Positions 55,271-64,000 of a DNA stretch of 64,000 nt are shown one piece after another (position 1 is the first letter of the stretch; every line of letters starts with the position of its first letter). The notes beneath the pieces were generated by a model that ran no database searches, was not told the DNA's origin, and saw only the letters and a list, made by a program, of their open reading frames with translations. The DNA comes from the human T2T-CHM13v2.0 reference genome, Homo sapiens. The translations under genes and the position numbers were made by a program. The stretch lies in the NCBI RefSeq assembly GCF_009914755.1, contig NC_060939.1. The stretch is one strand, 5' to 3'.

Positions 55271-56067
55271 ACCCATTTCACATTTAGAACTCTAGCGGCA
55301 AGGGAAGCGGGAAAAGCAGTGGCTCACCTTCCAGCCTTTGAAGGAACAGCGAGGAGAGCACACAGAATGCTAGCTGCCAAGCCGTCCTCCATGACACACA
55401 CTCCTAGGAATGTACCCTGCAGTAAATTTGCACATGTGTGAGGGATGAATGGCTGCTGATGCTGCACTTTGCTAGTAATTACGTGGAAGCAACATTTCTT
55501 AACGCAATTGCTCTTGAGCATATGTGAAGTTTATTAACCCTGGAGCTAGGGAATTGGCAAGGGGACAGAAGAGTGGGTTGGTTCAAAGATGGCTTGGAAA
55601 TTGTTGATTTGTATCTACAGGGGGGAAAGAATGCTTGCATAAGCAGCTAATTAAGAAGAGGCAGCTAATAAGGTCAAGCTTACAGTTTCATTTAACATGA
55701 TCGTTAAAACGTCATTTCCCTATCGGCTGGAACAAGCGAGGTTTGAGGCACAGTAATCTTGGGGGTGATTTCTAGAGAGGCCAACCTTTCATCCGAAATA
55801 ATAAGAAACACATCCAAGGTGCACTTCATCTGTGGCTCTTAATTAGACAAAGCTACACGGTTTTGTGCCCCAGCTGAGCTGGACGAGAGCCCGTCAGCTC
55901 CAAGGCAGCAAGCATTGTCAAGCAGAGGTCACAGCAAAGCGCCAGGCAAGCAGGGTCTGCACTGGCCTCTGGGCTGCTCAAGCTTCTGGTTCTAAGGGAC
56001 TGAATGTGCAGGTCGCCCAGCCCTCCGTATTGTTTTTATTTGACAATAGCCAAATATGGCAACAAGT

Positions 56068-56743
<676 letters not shown>

Positions 56744-57532
56744 CAAGCTAAATGTCCATTCATAGGGAACTGGTTGGAGTAAAGAGACAAGTCACAGAAT
56801 GGAAGAAAATTTTGTAAATAATATATCTGATATGGGATTAATATCCAGGATATATGGAGAACTCCTGAAACTCAACAACAACAACAAACAACAAAACCCA
56901 ATTTGAAAATGGGCAAAGGATTGAATAGATGTTTCCCCAAAGAAGATGGCCAACAAACACAGGAAAAGATGTTTAACTCACTAATCATTAGGGAAATGCA
57001 AATCAAAACTACGAGATACCACTGCTTACCCATTATGAGGGCTACTATTTAAAAAAAAAAACAGACAATAGCAAGTGTTGGCAAGGATGTGAAGAAATTG
57101 GAATTCTTGTGATGCTGGGAATGTAAGATGTTGCCGCTGTGTGGAAAATAGTACAGCAGTTCCTCAGAAAGTTAAAAATTGAATTACAATATGATCTAAC
57201 AGTTTCACTTCTGGGTCTGTAGCCGAAAGAACGGAAAGCAGCATCTCAAAGAGAAATTTGTACACCAATGTTCATAGAAATGTTATTCACAACAGCTAAA
57301 ATGTGGAAGCAAGCTGAGCATGCATGGATGAATGAATGGATAAAGAACATGGTAAATACAGACAATGAATATTACTCAGCCTTCAAAAGGAACAAAAGTC
57401 TGAGACACATTGCAGGAGGCATGAACCTTGAAGACATAATGCCGAGTGAAATAAGAAAGGACTGTGTGATTCCACTTGGATGAGATAACTGGAGGAGTCA
57501 AAATCATAGAGACAGAAGGAACGGTGGTTGCC

Positions 57533-58127
57533 AGGGGCTGGGCAAGGGAAGAGCGGTATGGGGAGTTAGTATTTAATGCGTACAGAGTTTTGATTTTATA
57601 GGATGAGAGTTCTGTGGAGGGGCTGGGCAAGGGAAGAGCGGCATGGGGAGTTAGTATTTAATGCGCACAGAGTTTTGATTTTATAGGATGAGAGTTCTGT
57701 GGAGGGGCTGGGCAAGGGAAGAGCGGCATGGGGAGTTAGTATTTAATGCGTACAGAGTTTTGATTTCATAGGATGAGAGTTCTGTGGAGGGGCTGGGCAA
57801 GGGAAGAGCGGTATGGGGAGTTAGTATTTAATGCGCACAGAGTTTTGATTTCATAGGATGAGAGTTCTGTGGAGGGGCTGGGCAAGGGAAGAGCGGCATG
57901 GGGAGTTAGTATTTAATGCGTACAGAGTTTTGATTTCATAGGATGAGAGTTCTGTGGAGGGGCTGGGCAAGGGAAGAGCGGCATGGGGAGTTAGTATTTA
58001 ATGCGTACAGAGTTTTGATTTCATAGGATGAGAGTTCTGTGGAGGGGCTGGGCAAGGGAAGAGCGGCATGGGGAGTTAGTATTTAATGCGTACAGAGTTT
58101 TGATTTTATAGGATGAGAGTTCTGTGG
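57533..58127. repeat. 85-bp minisatellite, 7 copies
   Basis: Unit AGGGGCTGGGCAAGGGAAGAGCGG(C/T)ATGGGGAGTTAGTATTTAATGCG(T/C)ACAGAGTTTTGATTT(C/T)ATAGGATGAGAGTTCTGTGG at 57533+85n. Confidence 0.99.
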
Positions 58128-58206
58128 ATGAATAGTGGTGATGGTTGCACAACAGTGGGAATGTACTTAATATCACTGAACTGCACACCTAAAAAGGGTT
58201 GATATG

Positions 58207-58586
58207 TGATATGGTTTGGACTTGTGTCCCCGCCCAAATCTCATGTCAAATTGTAATCCCCAGTGTTTGAGGAGGGACCTGGTGGAAGGTGACTGGATCA
58301 CGGGGGTGGATTCCCCCCTTGCTGTTCTTGTGACAGTGAGTTCTCACAAGACCTGGTTGTTTAAAAGTGTGTGACACCTCCCCCTTCACTCTCTTCCTCC
58401 TGCTCCAGCCACGTAAGACGTGCCTCCTTCCTCTTTACCTGCTGCGATGATTGTAAGTTTCCTGAGGTCTCCCCAGCCATGCTTCCTGTACAGCCTGCAG
58501 AACCAGGAGCCAATTAAACCTCTTTTCTTTATAAGTAACCCAGTCTCAGGTATTTCTTTATAGCAATGCGAAAATGGACTAATACG
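58207..58586 (+). mobile_element. MSTA solo LTR
   Basis: TGATATGGTTTGG...CCCAAATCTCATG...GGACTAATACG; 5-bp TSD ATATG. Confidence 0.93.
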
Positions 58587-61394
58587 ATATGGTAAATTTT
58601 ATGCTGTGTGTATTTTACCACAGTAAAATTTTTTTAATAGAGAGCTGGTTAAATATAGTGCATCTATCCAGGGCCTCATTGAATACCATGTGAAAGGTAC
58701 TGCCTAGAGTTGTGCAAACAGCAGTATTGACTCCGATGATGAAATACCATGCCACCATTAACACAAAAGAGGTAGCTCTATATGCATAAGGAATGAGCTC
58801 TATAACATGTTAAGCCAAAAGAAAAGAAAGGAACAAATCATTATGTATAGTATGCTGCCATTCGGGTTAAAAGTGGTAAAAGGAGTCTATAAATGTATTT
58901 GCCTGACTAAGCAAAAATATCTCCCGAAAGATACTCAAGAAAATGGCCCCACTGGTTTTCTCCAGGAAAGAGTCACTAGACGCAGGAGCAGGAAAGGAGA
59001 TTTTTACCAGATGCTTTTTGGTTCATTTTAAATTTTGTACTAATATACAACTATTGCCAACTCAAAAATATTTAATTTTTAAAAAATCGTTGCAGGAGTG
59101 AAAATACACCAGCCGTTGAAGCATGTATGCGGCCCTGGAGACCGTGGGTTGGAGCAGATGCCTTAGGTATCTGCTTCGCTGTAGGGACTAACACCGGACT
59201 TCAGGGCTCGCAGGGGGCTGGAGTCCTGGGTCTTACCTTGAGTGAGTCACTGACCCCTCTGGCCTCCCCTCTGCCCTCAGGTTCCTCATCTGTGGCCACC
59301 CTGCGACAGGAATAGACGTAGCCTATGCATCTACAGATCTAGGCGTGAGGTGGGCCTCTCCTCCTAGGCAAGGCAGGGGCTCAGGTGCTCACTGCAGCAT
59401 AGTGCAGTTCTGCTTCCGAAGCCAACACATCTGCCAGTCTCCACCAAGGCACCCCAGGAAAAGCTACCTCCATCCTCACATGGGGAGCAGTCTGGTCAGG
59501 GACGCCAAGTGGTCCATGGGCTCTGGAGGCCTGGCTGGAGTCCTGCCCATTCCCCACCATCGGTGGCCATGTCAGATCCTGGCCCAAGGGACAAGCCTGG
59601 TGCACTCTGAGTGGCACTGTGGGGACTGGAGAGGGTGTGGCCTATAGGGCCGGTGGCACAGGACCTCGCAGAGCTCAGAGATGCTGACCTGGGCTCTTTC
59701 CTGAGGCCTAGCTCCAGCCCAGAGAGGCCACCAGAACTGCTTCACGGCATCCGATGACTGAAATGTTCCTACCTGAAGGCTGGTTCAAAGAAACAGCTGA
59801 CTCCGCAGTTAGACGTGGGCCAGGTCTCCACGGAGCATGCGTGCTTGGCTGTCCCTGCTCGGCCCAGGGGCAAGGCCTGCTCTGCTGCAGCCCTCTCTGG
59901 CCCCCTTTTCCCTTCCTCCCATCCTTCCCCACCAGGAACCTTCCCTTCCCCCACAGGCCTCCACTCCACACTCGAGGGGAGCACCTTTGCTCACACCCTC
60001 TGTAGCTGTCTGCGGAGTGGAGCAGGAGGAAAGGGACCGCCACGTGCTCACTGTCGCCTGTTCGAGGAGATGCGTCCACTCTGGCCTTTCCCCTGCACTG
60101 GGCATGTCACTGTCACCTAACCACTGCCCCTCTTGTGGAGGGACTTGTGAGGTCCACTGTCCCGGGGAGCAGGGTCTGAGAGCAGAGCTGGGCACCCCAC
60201 CTCTCTCATCCAAGCACCTTCTCCTCAAACTCCCCTTGAGGCGGGGTGAGGGGATGAGGTCACAGCTTCCGGGACCTGGCTGACCGGACCACCCCCTCCA
60301 CAGCAAGAAGCGAGGGGGCCGTGGTTCCTCACCTGCACCATGCGCCAGGCCTGCCAGCTCCTCTCCCACCTCGCCTAGCCCCCACCCTCATGAGGGGAAC
60401 AATAAGGACACGGAGACTCAGCGACATGAGTCCAAGTGACATGAGGACCACAGACCCCCCACACCTGCAGCTGACATAGGGAGTGACCATTCACATTCCA
60501 GAATTCCAGAAACCCCAAACTTGGTCATTGTCACCTGGGAAAAGGCTCTGGCCAGCCCCACAGGCCCCTTCAGGGCCAGGCCAGCCATGGGGGGCTGTGT
60601 GAGAAAGCAGCGGGTCAGCCTCTGCCCATGCCTCCCTGGTTGGCCAGCAGCAACTCTTCTATACATGAAAGAGTCTCCATCTGCTCTTGAAAAAGTCTCC
60701 CTGTCACCCACGTTTCCACTCCTGACCTCTGACCCTCCTGCACCCCAGTCCCATGCTCCTTTGCCAGGCCCCGGATGCTTGAGAGGACCCCAGGGTCTGA
60801 GGACCTGGGTCTGGCCGGGGCACAGCTGCCAGGTGCCTCTGACACCTCCTGTCTGTCAGGGCCACTCTCAGCCGTATGTTCCTAATTCCCTGACGCTCAG
60901 CTCCATATAAGCCATGAGGCGGGAGGGGCGGCTCCACTGCTGAGCAACTGCAGTCCCCCAGGTGGCCGTGGCTGGAACCACGAGGGGCTGCAGCTCAGGC
61001 GTGGCCTTGCCCCAGGAAGTTCCTGCCAGGTGGCCCAGAGCCGGCCAGGAGCCAGGAATGGCCTGCAGGGCTGGGGCTGAAAGCCCTTCTGCAGGCTTGA
61101 TGCTCCTGGAACCTGGCCTTGAAAGGTCCCAGCAGGATCCCTCCTCAGAGACGGTACTGCCTAAGGCCCCTTTAAGCAAATCCAGCAGACAAAGCCATTT
61201 CCTGGAGAGCCAGGCAGGTGGAGCTAGGCCCCGTGTCACAGCCTTTAAACCAGGCTTCTCCGTGGGGCAATCATTTCCTTCCCGGCTCTCACCTGCAGCC
61301 TCCCGCTGTCCAGGATATTTGTGCCAAAGATGGCTATCGGAAGGCATGGCCTAAGGTGTGATCAAGGGGTGAGGTGCATCCCTTTGGGCTGAAT

Positions 61395-62600
<1,206 letters not shown>

Positions 62601-62918
62601 GGCTTGTAATTGCTTTGAAACATGTGTCTTGAACATAGCTCTGACCAGTGACTGAGGAAGATCCTGTTCATTCAGCAGTGGCTCTCAGCTCTTACATGGG
62701 ACTGTTTACAAGTCATGCCCCCTCCTGACCCCTAGACTCACTTCAGAGTCTGCACTAAAGTGAAAGCCACAGACCAGACAAGGGGAAGCCCTACCTTGGG
62801 CGGCAAGCCGGACAAGCCACGGCGCCCCCCTGCACTTCCGGTGGGTAACTCCCATGGGCGCCCAGAGAGAAAAGATGTGTGAGTCCGGAGAGGCACCTGA
62901 GAGGGTAAAATAATAGTT

Positions 62919-63255
62919 CAGCCACATATCTGTCAGTGATGGGCATACGTTCTGAGAAAGGATGCGTTGTTAGGCAATTTTGTCATTGTGTGAACATCCT
63001 CGTGCGTTCTTACACAAGCCTAGGTGGTACAGCCGACCATATGGGACAGCCTGCTGCTCCTGGGCTACAAACCTGCACAGCATGTTACTGTACTGAGTAC
63101 CATAGGCGACTATAACATGCTGGGAAGCAGGTGTGTATCTAAACATATCTGAACATAGGAAGGGCACGGTAAAAATATGGTATTTTAATCTTATGGGACA
63201 CAATTGTGTATGCAGTCCGTCATTGACCAAAACATCATTATGCGGTGCACGGTTG
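62919..63255 (-). mobile_element. Tigger3a (MER7A)-like TcMar MITE inserted in a MIR
   Basis: TACGTTCTGAGAAA...GTTAGGCAATTTTGTCATTGTGTGAACATC...CTACAAACCTG...CATGTTACTGTACTG...GTCATTGACCAAAACATCATTATGCGG; MIR 3' end follows. Confidence 0.87.
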
Positions 63256-64000
63256 TACCCAGTTAAGATAAACCAGAAAATACACGTAAAGCACTCAGTC
63301 AGTGCCAAGGAAACAGTAAGCACTCATTAAACATTAGGTACTGTCATTATTACAATCTCATCATTCCCAAGCTGATAAAAATCGTCTTCAGTTGGGAACA
63401 TGATGTCCACACCCAGAAACAGCCCCTGCAGTGGAGACCCAGGCACAGCTTCAAGAGGGTCTACAGGGTGTCACAAGCCCCCGAGGTCCCTCCATCCCTG
63501 TGAAGATGAGCTCAGCTCCTACCTGCTGCCCAGGCAGAACTCTGTGGGTTTCTGCTGGCATCACCAGATGTCCCCTGCCCTCTCTTTTCTAGCAGCCCCC
63601 GGCAGTCTTGCATCTCACATGCACACAGGTACACCCCTTCATGCCTTTTGTTCCCCCATCAAGGACACCTCATCCCCCCACCCTCCGCTTCCAGGACGAG
63701 GTCTCCGCCACTCCCATTCCTCTGAACCTCTACAACCAATATCTCCTGAACAGTGACTGTGGGAGAGGATTGTATGAGCAGAGACCAATTCCCACGTATT
63801 TGAGGAGTGGGGAGCTGGCACCAGGCAGTGCACTCAGGAAGGCATCCAGAGAGAGAGGAGCTGGGACAATGGAAAGGGCTCACAGAACTGCTAAGCAAGG
63901 ACTCGCGTTTCACTCTAGGCCAATAGGAGGCACTGAAGGTTGTGGACATGAGAAAATGTGATCAGGAAGCCAAGCAGAGGTATGGCCAGGAGAAGGGCAA

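Larger units (their letters stand above)
56780..58630 (+). mobile_element. L1MB-type 3' region containing a VNTR and an MSTA insertion
   Basis: CATTAGGGAAATGCAAATCAAAAC, ATGAACCTTGAAGACAT, resumes GTAAATTTTATG...TTTTACCACAG after MSTA. Confidence 0.9.

Overview
Primate (human-like) genomic DNA, apparently intergenic or intronic. I can support no intact cellular protein-coding gene, and I cannot name the locus from sequence alone. The window opens inside a deleted-type HERV-H provirus (gag/pro/pol remnants, 3' LTR7 at 4466-4922). The rest is a GC-moderate, repeat-rich landscape: about 20 Alus, L1MA/MB/ME remnants, MaLR LTRs (MST/MLT1), an LTR12-type U3 fragment, the DNA transposons MER1A, MER63A and Tigger3a, MIR/L2 pieces, and four minisatellites (62, 37, 50 and 85 bp units). 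Most notable: (i) a CpG-island promoter-like region whose 62-bp VNTR multiplies NRF1-like and CRE-like sites, followed by a consensus-like exon-intron-exon (candidate lncRNA); (ii) a 147-bp, 98%-identical inverted duplication of part of an old MST LTR with hairpin-rich junction DNA; (iii) two minisatellites born from decayed L1 sequence; (iv) an LTR12 U3 cut off near its expected TSS and followed by a strong splice donor; (v) a templated, nested-inverted insertion inside an Alu. Repeat subfamily names come from recalled consensus features, and boundaries of old elements are approximate. Nearly all long ORFs in the track are repeat artefacts.
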